Translations under genes and position numbers: made by a program
Shown here: one piece after another, positions 37,703-48,000 of the stretch
Layout: each line of letters starts with the position of its first letter
How positions within the stretch are numbered: the first letter of the stretch is position 1
The notes under the pieces: model-generated
Told to the model about the DNA's origin: nothing
Databases searched by the model: none
Seen by the model: the letters and a program-made list of their open reading frames with translations, nothing else
From: a virus
Reading direction: 5' to 3' (one strand)
DNA length: 64,000 bases
Virus record (IMG/VR): IMGVR_UViG_3300032268_001078
Location: 64,001 to 128,000 of that record

Positions 37703-38435
37703 AGCTCACATTCATTGGTATTGAGGCGCCCTCCACAACGTCTCCTTTACTGTCTGTATAACTAAAAGTCATATCTAGATCAGGCGTAATTTCGTTGATG
37801 AATTTGCGAAGTGCTCTAACATCCATGGAAAGCATGTTGTCCACAAAGTTTCTTATTACTTCGTCACGAGTATCGCCGTTTATTGCGGTTATAGTGTGTT
37901 TGAGGGTAGTAGTAATGTCAAAACTTTCTTGTGGTTTAACTTTTTTCAAACCTTTAATTTCATTGTCAATATTGATTTGATTAGTTTGATTTAAAAGTTT
38001 AAATTTAACACTAACTTTTGACTGAGGTAAAATAAAATCAAACTCATTTTGTCCAGCTATAAATAAGTCTTCATTGATTTTTTTATTTTTCAACTCAGAT
38101 AAATCTATATCTACAGGAATTTTAGCTCCAAATTTGTCTGTTACATCAACACGGTATTTTGCACCGTATCCTAAAATTCTAGCAGCAACTAAAATAGCAT
38201 TTTTATCTCCTGTAATTAATTCGTTGTAATCAATTTTACTTACTATTAAAGACTGTAATAACTTGTCTATTACAATTCCTTTTTCTAAGTAATTTTGGTT
38301 AGTAAGAATGTCTTCTTCACGAGCAGACATGTATTTTAATTCAATTGTACCTGATGATAGTGGACTTGATTCAGGATAGACTAAACCTTTACTTGGTAAA
38401 TCTATAACTTCTGTTGGGAAACGGAACTCGTTCAT
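37677..38435 (-). CDS. Tail assembly chaperone / T4 gp26-like baseplate assembly protein
   Basis: FPTEVIDLPSKG..YP, MSAREEDILT and D..AIL.AARILGYG; lies between the tube and tape measure genes. Confidence 0.75.
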   Translation of the reverse strand: MNEFRFPTEVIDLPSKGLVYPESSPLSSGTIELKYMSAREEDILTNQNYLEKGIVIDKLLQSLIVSKIDYNELITGDKNAILVAARILGYGAKYRVDVTDKFGAKIPVDIDLSELKNKKINEDLFIAGQNEFDFILPQSKVSVKFKLLNQTNQINIDNEIKGLKKVKPQESFDITTTLKHTITAINGDTRDEVIRNFVDNMLSMDVRALRKFINEITPDLDMTFSYTDSKGDVVEGASIPMNVSFFWPDITL

Positions 38436-39031
38436 ATTTTGATTTTATTTGATTTTTTAATATTTTCTACATGCCACATAGGACGTAAATTTGTATAATG
38501 ATTTAACTTTTTTACTTCTTCTTCTGTTTTTGCTAATGATTTAGGTTTAATATGATCAATACTCCAACTTTCTTTTGTATTACCATAATTTTCCCAACTC
38601 ATACCTTCAATCCACTGTGATTCAATGTGTTCTCTAAATTTATCCCAACTTTCCAAACCTAATATTTCTAATGTTGACTGGTTTTTGTAAATAGAATTTA
38701 TTTTTAATGATTTCCACACGGCATGCATTAATGAATTATGTAATTTTACTAATGGATCCTTTCTTTTATTTTTCATCCATTCATTTTGATATTCTTTAAG
38801 TTGTTGTTTACGAATATCTTTTGGAGTTTTTTCTTTTATAATATAATATTTTTTAAAAGTTTTTTGATGACTTTCTCTATTTTTTTCTGGGTTATTTATT
38901 TTCCATTGTTTAGAAGATATAGAGGCGCATTGTTTACAATTAGATTGTAATCCATCTTTAGAATCTTTGTGTTTACAAAAATTACTAATATCTTTTGTTT
39001 GATTACATTTAGAACAATTTTTTACACTCAT
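38432..39031 (-). CDS. HNH-type (endonuclease VII-like) homing endonuclease with N-terminal Zn finger
   Basis: CSKC...CKQC; HIESQW..GMSWENYG..WSIDHIKP...HYTNLRPMW..EN..K. Confidence 0.8.
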   Translation of the reverse strand: MSVKNCSKCNQTKDISNFCKHKDSKDGLQSNCKQCASISSKQWKINNPEKNRESHQKTFKKYYIIKEKTPKDIRKQQLKEYQNEWMKNKRKDPLVKLHNSLMHAVWKSLKINSIYKNQSTLEILGLESWDKFREHIESQWIEGMSWENYGNTKESWSIDHIKPKSLAKTEEEVKKLNHYTNLRPMWHVENIKKSNKIKI

Positions 39032-39058
39032 ATAACTTTATTTGCTATAAATATTAAA

Positions 39059-39088
39059 CAAAAAAAGAGTCTGGCAAAAACCAGACTC
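39059..39088 (-). terminator. Rho-independent terminator after the tail tube gene
   Basis: Sense GAGTCTGG-TTTTTG-CCAGACTC followed by a T-run. Confidence 0.8.
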
Positions 39089-39112
39089 CTCTTTTTATTT
39101 TTAAGACTACTA

Positions 39113-39601
39113 TTAGTAGTTCAATATGCAATAATCCATAGCAAGTGTCAACTGAATATCTTTTGTAGCTTCACCTGCTGAATAATCACCTTGTCCAAAA
39201 TCTGCATTTTTAATAAATGCACCTTTGATAATCCATTCACCTACTACATCACCAACTGGACCTAGTTCTGATAAAGTAATGTCTTTTTTATAGAAATCAC
39301 TGTAACCATCACGTCCTGTTACTGATTCGTGTGATAAACGAATCCATTCCATTGTTACTTGTTCGCCTGAAGGAGTAACTGGATCCCAAAGTGTTAAGTC
39401 CATATCTGACCATCTAGCTTTTCCTTTGATTTTACGATAAACATTAATGTGATCTAAAACAATCTCATTTAAGTTTACTGTTGGAAATTTAACTTTATGG
39501 ACCAAATACGCAGGAACACCCTGGATAGTCATTAACCAGCGATTTTGAACTTTAGGTTCGAACGCTGTGAAAAATATTTCGTTTGAATTTAATACTGGCA
39601 T
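39113..39601 (-). CDS. gp19: Tail tube protein
   Basis: FEPKVQNRW, GKARWSDM.LTLWDP, DGYSDFYKKD, EWIIKGAFI and LAMDYCILNY. Confidence 0.9.
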   Translation of the reverse strand: MPVLNSNEIFFTAFEPKVQNRWLMTIQGVPAYLVHKVKFPTVNLNEIVLDHINVYRKIKGKARWSDMDLTLWDPVTPSGEQVTMEWIRLSHESVTGRDGYSDFYKKDITLSELGPVGDVVGEWIIKGAFIKNADFGQGDYSAGEATKDIQLTLAMDYCILNY

Positions 39602-39642
39602 CTTATTTAGTTTTTATCTTGTTCTATAATAAATATGTTATA

Positions 39643-41370
39643 TTAAGAGAATGTTACACCTGTTGGAGTAATGTTGAATGTTAAATAAATAAATTCAATA
39701 GTTTTAGTAGGTTGAATGTAAATTTGTCCAACTAGTTGATTTCTATCGATTACATCTGCTGTATTATTAGTATCATCCATTACTACTTTGTAAGCATACA
39801 AACCTTGTCTTTGTTGTACACTTTCCAAATATGGATTAACTTGACTTAAAAAATTATTTCTTGTAGAAATAGTGTTTTGTTCAAACAATAAACTTTCAGC
39901 AATATTTCCAATATAACGTTTAAGAGCAATTAACAATCTACGAACATTTACTCGATCTAAAGCACTAGCTTGAGTTTGTAAGGTTTTCTGTCCGTAAGCT
40001 ACTAAACCAACACCAGGGAAACTAGCAATTGGATTAACTTTACCTTGATATAATTTGTCTCTGTCAGTTGTTTGTAGTTTTCTTTCTGCTTGTAAAGCAC
40101 CACCAATTCCACCTCTGTTTAAACCAGCTGGAGCAAACCACTCAGCACTAACTTTATCGTTAAAGCTATAAACACCTGGCATTACTGTTGAAGCCGGAAC
40201 CCATACTAATTTACCTGAAGCTTGACTTAATACTTGAACCCAAGGCCAATAAGCAGCAGCATAGTTAGTATTCATAGTAGCAGCTTGATTTACAACAGCA
40301 CCTACTGTAGCACCATAAGCATAAAGATCAGTAATATAAAAACAATCACCTCTATCTTCAGCTACATTAATAAAACTTGAAACAGCTGAACTGTGTAAAT
40401 TTTGAGTTAAACCTGGAGTAGCTAATAATTGATAATCATATTCTTCTGGATTATCTAATAAATTTGAAGCAGTAATATAATTACCTACTGTAAGTCCTTG
40501 AGTAGTAGTACTAATATTTTCAAATAAGTTTGTAACTGTACTTAAATCATTTCCTTCAGCTCCTCCAAAACTTCCTGAACCTAATACTGGAATAGAAGCA
40601 GTGTAAATACTATTAACAGCACCATTATTTAAGAAATAATTTGGAGTTGGAGTTAGTACACTGTTTACTCTTACATATCTTGAACTATTAGGATAGTTAC
40701 CAGTTTGATTTAAATAATATTGACCTGTAGTAGAATCATAAGCAACATTCACATTTCTGTCTCCAATTACTCGTGAAATATAATTAGGACTATTTGGATC
40801 TAAACTTAAGTTAGTAAAAGTTTCAAGAACAGTTTTATTTAAACTAGTATCATTACCTTGACGAATCAATAATGAAAATAAACCAGATCCTGTGTCAGAT
40901 GCGACTACTTCCCATCTTACGTTATCCACTGAACCACTAATTAAAGCTCCATTAGATAATTGAGATCCAGAACTAAAACTATTCATAATAGTACCTTGAC
41001 CAAGTGTACTTAATGTAAATGAAGCTGAATTGTTAGAAGCTGAAGTAAGATAATTAGCTATTGAACTTGTAGCAGAAGTATATGATCCTGATGTTACGCG
41101 AGTAACTAAAATTGTACTTCCACCTTGTTGAAAGTAGTTGTAAGCAGCTATTGAAGTTAAAAACTCATAATTCACAGATGCACTAGTAAATACATCTCCA
41201 TATCTTCCTTTAAAATCAGAGTATGAAGTAACAAGTGTAGGGATATTTGGTTGGCCTTTAACTGTAGGTCCAACTAAAGCTAAACCTGCTGTAATCGTTC
41301 CCTGAACGATTTGTGATGTATCATTTTCGTTTAATACAATGCCTGGTGATAATAATATTTCGTTTGCCAT
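39643..41370 (-). CDS. gp18: Tail sheath protein
   Basis: SPGIVLNEND, EWFAPAGLNRG, GQKTLQ...SALDRVNVRRLL and IYIQPTKTIEFI. Confidence 0.95.
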   Translation of the reverse strand: MANEILLSPGIVLNENDTSQIVQGTITAGLALVGPTVKGQPNIPTLVTSYSDFKGRYGDVFTSASVNYEFLTSIAAYNYFQQGGSTILVTRVTSGSYTSATSSIANYLTSASNNSASFTLSTLGQGTIMNSFSSGSQLSNGALISGSVDNVRWEVVASDTGSGLFSLLIRQGNDTSLNKTVLETFTNLSLDPNSPNYISRVIGDRNVNVAYDSTTGQYYLNQTGNYPNSSRYVRVNSVLTPTPNYFLNNGAVNSIYTASIPVLGSGSFGGAEGNDLSTVTNLFENISTTTQGLTVGNYITASNLLDNPEEYDYQLLATPGLTQNLHSSAVSSFINVAEDRGDCFYITDLYAYGATVGAVVNQAATMNTNYAAAYWPWVQVLSQASGKLVWVPASTVMPGVYSFNDKVSAEWFAPAGLNRGGIGGALQAERKLQTTDRDKLYQGKVNPIASFPGVGLVAYGQKTLQTQASALDRVNVRRLLIALKRYIGNIAESLLFEQNTISTRNNFLSQVNPYLESVQQRQGLYAYKVVMDDTNNTADVIDRNQLVGQIYIQPTKTIEFIYLTFNITPTGVTFS

Positions 41371-41420
41371 TTTATTAGGTTGTTTCTAGTAATAAATATG
41401 GACTAAAATATTAAAACACC

Positions 41421-41440
41421 AAAGGACCCATAAGGGTCCT
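41421..41440 (-). terminator. GC-rich hairpin ending the fibre operon, before the sheath promoter
   Basis: AGGACCC-TTAT-GGGTCCT followed by TTGGTGTTTT (weak U-tract). Confidence 0.55.
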
Positions 41441-41464
41441 CTAGTTAATAGTATTTTAAATTGA

Positions 41465-41713
41465 TTAAGCAGGAATAAATTCACCTTTATCAAGATCAAT
41501 GGTTCCTACACCATATTTTTCTTGGAAAAATTTACCAGTTTCTTGTTCTTTAGTTTTTAGTTCGTTAAAGTATTTTACTACTTCTTCTCTTCTAGCTTCA
41601 ATTTGTAATTTAGTAATTTCTAAACTACCTAATTCTTGTGCTACTGCTTGATTTTCTTTTTGTAACTCTTGCAATTGTTCGATTTCTTCGATTGTAAGTT
41701 TTGTGTTTTCCAT
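41465..41713 (-). CDS. Small coiled-coil protein (possible fibre chaperone)
   Basis: Heptad-rich; ends KYG.GTIDLDKGEF. Confidence 0.55.
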   Translation of the reverse strand: MENTKLTIEEIEQLQELQKENQAVAQELGSLEITKLQIEARREEVVKYFNELKTKEQETGKFFQEKYGVGTIDLDKGEFIPA

Positions 41714-41737
41714 ATAACGTTATTTTTTTTTATTTAT

Positions 41738-42076
41738 TTAAGATGGTGTTTCTTCTGTTGGAATGCCTGTGATTTCAAATGTACTAGTTGGATATGAAAT
41801 TTCCAAGCTTTCTTTTACTTTTGTTGTAACATAATAAAGACATTTGTCAACTACAGTGTATCCTGTTTCCATTTTAGGAGCCTCAGCTGTATCTACATAA
41901 AACGGCCAGCAAGCAATTGAGCCAACTCCGTCTAAAAATGCTTGTTTAGATGGATACATAAAACAGTCTACAGGTATTTGAGTTCCTGCTACTGGATAAT
42001 GTAGGGTCAAACGGAAATAAGGTTGTGTGTATGTTCCGTAGTTGTAATCTAATGTATTTGTAACTTGTATTGCCAT
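41738..42076 (-). CDS. Hypothetical virion-associated protein
   Basis: Late motif upstream; lies at the end of the fibre cluster. Confidence 0.5.
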   Translation of the reverse strand: MAIQVTNTLDYNYGTYTQPYFRLTLHYPVAGTQIPVDCFMYPSKQAFLDGVGSIACWPFYVDTAEAPKMETGYTVVDKCLYYVTTKVKESLEISYPTSTFEITGIPTEETPS

Positions 42077-42109
42077 ATAGTAATAAATATGTAGAAAAAA
42101 TGTTAAATA

Positions 42110-45007
42110 TTAAGCTATTTGCTGGATGATTAGCTGTGTATTTAAATCTCCTCTAATATATTCTCCAGATTGTGCATTGGCAGCTGGTGTAGTTCTAATT
42201 TTAATATCAGTATTTACAGCAGGTGTATAAATAAAATCTAGCGTCCCATCACTTATGTTATTACTTCCATTAGTTGATTGTACTATTTCAACTGTAGGTC
42301 CTATTTGTATATTAGTACTATCATAACAAGAATACTGTAGTAAGTAAGCAGCTGCTGCTGACCATGCTAGTCTTGAAGTAATTCTATAAACTTTCCCTCC
42401 AGTTAAAGAAGCAATTCCAGTTATTGGATTATAAGGTATTCCTTTAATAACTGCAATAGTATCAAATAAAATATCTCGATTTGTCCATGTTTGTGGAAAT
42501 GGAATTGTTTGGTTTGTATTTAAGGTAACATATAAATAATCATTAGGTAATCCGTTATATGAAGATGCTGTTACTGCTCCTACAAATTGTGTATTACCTG
42601 TTTGTAAATTCATATACAATAACCCAGCATTACTTCCTCCGGTATTACTTCCTCGTAAAACTCTAAATTGGTCTTGCCAAGTATCTAACATAGAAGCAGA
42701 TGAATACAACCCTCCAGAAGCTGCAAGTAATATCTGACCTCCTTCCCCAGTTCCTCCGGCAAATGATGGATATACATTTAATGTATTTTCTGTGGATGGT
42801 GTACTTGTAATATTACCAATTGTTACTGCTTGGTTTAAGTTATTAACAAAAGAAGCTGTTAAAGCAAATGAACTACTGATTGCATTATTAGCCCATGAAC
42901 TAGTTCCGAATAAAGATCCAGTGATTGTGGGTGCAATTAAGGATCCTGTTACTGTTAACCCGTTTGTAAATCTACCTAGACCGTCATTTCTTATAATGAG
43001 TCTTGTTAATGTACCTGTTATTATTTCTAATGAACCTGAGTTGTTATTTATGTCAATTGCATTACCTCCAGCTGCTATACTTTGAATCATTGAATGATTA
43101 GTAGCATTTGATTCCAGTTTAAGGATATTTACAGATGCTGAGATATGTAATCTATTAGTTGGACTAATAGTTCCAATACCTACATTGTTGCTTGCATCTA
43201 GAACTAATTTAGGGGTATTATCTGATCCTCTTGTAAATCCGATAACAGAACCAAAAATTCCAAGACGCATTTGAGTGCTTGATCCTCCGCCCCCGATTAT
43301 ATCCAAGTATGCACTTAACGCACCAGTATTTCTAAAGTCAGCAACTACAATTTCGTTGCTGCTGACCTCTAAAGGCCTATTATTTCCGGTTGTGTTATTT
43401 AAAATAACTTTACCTGTGGTTTTAAAAGTTCCATTTAGATCTAAGTTAGTAGTTGGATTTGCAACCCCTATACCAACATTTCCACCAACATATGCTATAT
43501 TGGAGCCAGTTTGAAACCAAGGAAATGATGATGTTAAAGCAAAAGAACTACTTAAAGCATAAGAAGAACTTAATGTATAAGATGAACTTATTGTATTTGA
43601 ACTAGAAACTGCAAATGAACTACTTAAAGCAAAAGAACTACTTACTGCTCTAGATGAAGATACAGCAAATGAACTACTTACGGCATTTAACACATAACTT
43701 GCTGTTTGTGCTGTTACAATATAAGATGCTGTCACCGCATTTGACGACCAGCTTGATGTTCCAAATAATTGACCTGTGAATGATCCGGAGAACGAACCTG
43801 TATTGCTTAGAAATTGATCTACTCTATTTGCTGTTACAATAAGTGAAGGTATGCCTGGTACTACTCCAAATGCTGATTCTGCGTGTAATCGTACGTTAGC
43901 ATCAGGTGAATACCACATTAATTGAAAGTAATCATTTGCAGCAGCATTAACAAAGAAATTCCATGCTGCGACATAATGAGCACCATTACCAACTAATTGT
44001 ATAGATGTAGCAGAATCACTTATGTTAGTTCCATTTTTTCTAATCCATACCCATATCTCATCTGTTCCACTGTCTGTTTTATCTACTTGTGCTGAGAATT
44101 GTATGTCGTAAACTCCGGGATTCTCTACCTTAATATAGGTATTGAAAGGGCTTGTTGATCCAGAGATAGATACTCCATTTGAAATATCAGTCACATTCAA
44201 AGACATTGATCTAGCAGTACTTGCTACATTCGTCTGTGTTTGTGTAGAGTAAAAACTACCGTATGAACCAGTAGCTGTATTTCCGCTTCCACCTGATCCA
44301 CCAGTTGATGTAATTGTGACTTGTCCTAAGCCATTACTTGGTGATAATGTAATATTTGCTCCTGCAAGTAACTGGGTCACTCCGCCGTTCAAAGCATAAC
44401 TTGCTGTGGTAGCTTGAGAGGAAGTTCCTGTTAAATTACCTATAATAGATCCACTTACATTTAAAGAACCTGTAAGATATAACGCATTGTTATTAAGTAA
44501 TGTAAAATTACTACTACCACTAAATAAACCTCCATTATTAAACTGTAAAGAATACAAAGGACCATTTGGAACTCCACTACCAGTACTTGCTAATATAGCA
44601 TTCACTGTTACTATTCCTGTACCTCCCACAGGAGATAAAATAACATTAGTACCCGCTATAATTTGAGTAACTCCACCATTTAATGCATAAGAACTGCTCA
44701 GAGCATAAGACGCGGTACTAGCATAAGAGGCAGATATTGGTACTAATGTACTTAAATTTCTTTCAAAAGTACTATTGTCTCCTCTAGTAGCTGTTAAAAA
44801 TGGATTTGAAAAATTTAAATCAACAACAAATGATCCTGTATTTATACTACTTCCTGTAGACCTTAAATTTATTATATTTTGATTTTTATTTTGTTGTTGT
44901 TTTATAAATGCATTTCCGTCGTATGAATTAATAAGTATGTCTCCTACATTTAATTGTTTAGTAGTAGGAGTAAAATTAGGTATTTGTGTTACTTTAATTG
45001 AAGACAT
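42110..45007 (-). CDS. Fibre-like virion protein with beta-sandwich domains
   Basis: TAS/GSF/SSS spacer repeats, GNVGIG...P...L motifs, and domains resembling C1q/TNF-like folds (by eye). Confidence 0.6.
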   Translation of the reverse strand: MSSIKVTQIPNFTPTTKQLNVGDILINSYDGNAFIKQQQNKNQNIINLRSTGSSINTGSFVVDLNFSNPFLTATRGDNSTFERNLSTLVPISASYASTASYALSSSYALNGGVTQIIAGTNVILSPVGGTGIVTVNAILASTGSGVPNGPLYSLQFNNGGLFSGSSNFTLLNNNALYLTGSLNVSGSIIGNLTGTSSQATTASYALNGGVTQLLAGANITLSPSNGLGQVTITSTGGSGGSGNTATGSYGSFYSTQTQTNVASTARSMSLNVTDISNGVSISGSTSPFNTYIKVENPGVYDIQFSAQVDKTDSGTDEIWVWIRKNGTNISDSATSIQLVGNGAHYVAAWNFFVNAAANDYFQLMWYSPDANVRLHAESAFGVVPGIPSLIVTANRVDQFLSNTGSFSGSFTGQLFGTSSWSSNAVTASYIVTAQTASYVLNAVSSSFAVSSSRAVSSSFALSSSFAVSSSNTISSSYTLSSSYALSSSFALTSSFPWFQTGSNIAYVGGNVGIGVANPTTNLDLNGTFKTTGKVILNNTTGNNRPLEVSSNEIVVADFRNTGALSAYLDIIGGGGSSTQMRLGIFGSVIGFTRGSDNTPKLVLDASNNVGIGTISPTNRLHISASVNILKLESNATNHSMIQSIAAGGNAIDINNNSGSLEIITGTLTRLIIRNDGLGRFTNGLTVTGSLIAPTITGSLFGTSSWANNAISSSFALTASFVNNLNQAVTIGNITSTPSTENTLNVYPSFAGGTGEGGQILLAASGGLYSSASMLDTWQDQFRVLRGSNTGGSNAGLLYMNLQTGNTQFVGAVTASSYNGLPNDYLYVTLNTNQTIPFPQTWTNRDILFDTIAVIKGIPYNPITGIASLTGGKVYRITSRLAWSAAAAYLLQYSCYDSTNIQIGPTVEIVQSTNGSNNISDGTLDFIYTPAVNTDIKIRTTPAANAQSGEYIRGDLNTQLIIQQIA

Positions 45008-45026
45008 GGTTTAATATAAATATAAA

Positions 45027-48000
45027 TCAATATAAAGCATTCCATACTGATCCATCCCAAAAATAAGGTTTTGGAGGAATACTTGAGGATACTGCAAAAG
45101 AACCAGCTAGTATATTCACTGTAGGTAGTGGATCTTGTGGCTGTAATGTAAAAATAGCACCAGATCCAGTAATACTTAAACTACCTGATATTGATGTAAT
45201 AGATCCACTAACTGATATTCTTTGGGTACCTTGACCATCAGCAATTATAATTCTATTATTGTAAACTCCATCAGGTAAAACAACATTTGCTCCTATTATA
45301 GTATTATTTGAACCAGAAACACCAGATCCTGATATGTTATTGTATCCAATAACTGTATTGTTAGATCCAAATCTAACTCCTTGCATTGTTCTATAACCTA
45401 AAACAACATTATTTGATCCAGTGATATTTTGTAAAGATTGAAATCCAATAGATGTGTTATTTGATGTTGCTGTAGCAGAAGTTGAAATCATAGAATCAGT
45501 TCCAATTGCTAAATTACCAGCTGCTGTAGTTATTGATGATAAAGCATTAGCACCTATTGCTAAATTATCATCACCTGTTGTAATATTTCTTAAAGCACTT
45601 GAACCTATAGCGATGCTGTCTTGAGCTCCTGAACCAGATACCATTGCTTGGTATCCAATAGCAATATTATTATTTACTGTAGTTAAGAATTTTAAGGCTT
45701 CAAATCCTATTGCTATATTATTATCTCCTGATGTGACATTTGATCCAGCATCTACTCCTATAAAAATAGAAGAACCAGCGCCTGTTGCTAATTTACCAGC
45801 TCTTAATCCTATTGCTATGTTATTACCAAAACTTGTATTTGAAAATAAAGCCTCAGTTCCTATAGCAATATTATTATCACCGGTTGTAGTTGCATAAGAA
45901 GCTGAGTTTCCTATAGCTATATTATTAGTTATTGAAGTTGTACTTGCTGTAAATACATCAAAACCAATACCTATATTATTATTAGAACCATTACTAGTGA
46001 CTAAAGGCATTATATTATTGCCTAATGCAATATTTCTAAAAGTACTAGTAGCAGATACTAATGATCCTGATCCTATTGCTATATTATTTCGACCACTTAT
46101 AGCACTAGCAGCTAAATTCAATGTAGATAATGCTCTTGGATCACCTAGTACTAAATTAGTCGTATTACTACCAGATCCTTCACTTATAAAAACTCCATTA
46201 ATTCCATTTGTAGAATTTATTGTGTCTAAGTTTGCAATAGATGAAGTTAATATACCATTAATACTTGATGTTCCATTAACTATAAAATTTCCAGTAAATG
46301 GATTTGTAAATATACCTGTTAAATTAGAACCATTTCCATAATAAGCAGATGCTGATACCGCACCAATTACATTAAAGTATGTTGTTCCATTATAATTTGT
46401 ATTAAATCCTTTTATTGGTAATGCAGTAAAATTATTATTACTATCAACAGAATAACCTTGAGCAACAAAATTTAAATCAATTATATTTAGATAAGTAGTG
46501 TCTGTTTGAAAATCTAAGTAACTTAATGTGTTAGATCCAATTGCAGATACAGGATCTTCACCGTCATAGTAAGTATAAGGAAATCCCTGGTTAAATTGTA
46601 GTCTTGTATTTAATCTATTAAAAACATCAACTCCACTTTGTGCATTTCTTGATAAATTAATAAAATTAGCATCAACAGCATAATTATTGACAAGTTTACC
46701 AAATTGTAAGTATTTCTTATCTAAGTTATTATTCCCAATTATTAATAAGTTATTAATAGATGCTGTATTAGTTATAGTTAATGGTCCTCTAAATTCACTT
46801 CCTGAAGCTAAGTAAAGTGGAGATATAATTGAACTACTTACATTTAATACACCATTAACATTAGTTGTACTATTTAAATTAATAGTACCATTATTAATAG
46901 TTGATCCTGTGTTATAGTACCTAACAGATGTATCATTATCTAAACTTGAAGTTGTGATATAAGCAGTTGCTATTACTCTATTTACTAAATAGTCAGGGTC
47001 ACCACCGGTATAATAAGTAGTTGTTCCTGTTACTATACCTAAAAATTTATAATTAGGAATATTATATCCATCTGTTTGTGTTTGACTACCACTACTGTAA
47101 AATACTTTTGTTCCTATTTGAGGAAAAGAAATACTACCAGCAAATGCATCAACATAAAAAGATGAACCGGATGTAATTGAATAACTTACTGAACCTGATC
47201 CTATATCATATAATCCATCCCACTGTTGATTAATTATAGATGGTTTGTTTGAATAAGAAGTTAAGTTTATACTTGAACTATTAAAAACACTATTTTGTAT
47301 AACAGTATCATTAGTAATATTAAAATTTTGTATATCTGAATTTAAAGGTCCGTCTAAATCTATAGAACCGGATATGCGTGCTGAACCTGTGAAAGGAAAC
47401 GCTCCACCACCACCAGTTGAACTCACTGTTACATTTCCTCCACTACCTGATGTGATTAAAATATCTGCACCACCTATGATTGTTGTTACACCACCATTTA
47501 ACGCATAAGAAGCAGTTACTGCTCTTGAACTTGTTCCTAATAATGAACCAGTAAATGAAGTTGCTATTAATGATCCTGTTAATGTTAAACTTCCACTTAT
47601 AGTTGTATTACCTCTTATAGATGTACTACCACTTACAGTTGTACTACCGGTTATAGTTGTACTTCCGCTTATTATTGTATTACCTCTTATAGATGTACTA
47701 CCGGTTATAGTTGTACTTCCACTTATTATTGTATTACCTTTTACAGTTGTACTACCATTTATAGTTGTATTACCTCCTATAGTTGTATCACCATTTACAG
47801 TTGTATCACCATTTAAATTAATAGATCCAGAACCTGGGCTTGGAACTCCATTATAAAATCTAATAGTATTAGGGTATAAGTCTGGCCATGATGTTGTAGT
47901 GTATGCAATACATACAGCATAATATTTTGAGTTAGGATCTTCACCACCAATGATTTCATTGTAACTTTGTGAAACTATACCTAAAAATTTATACTCAGGA

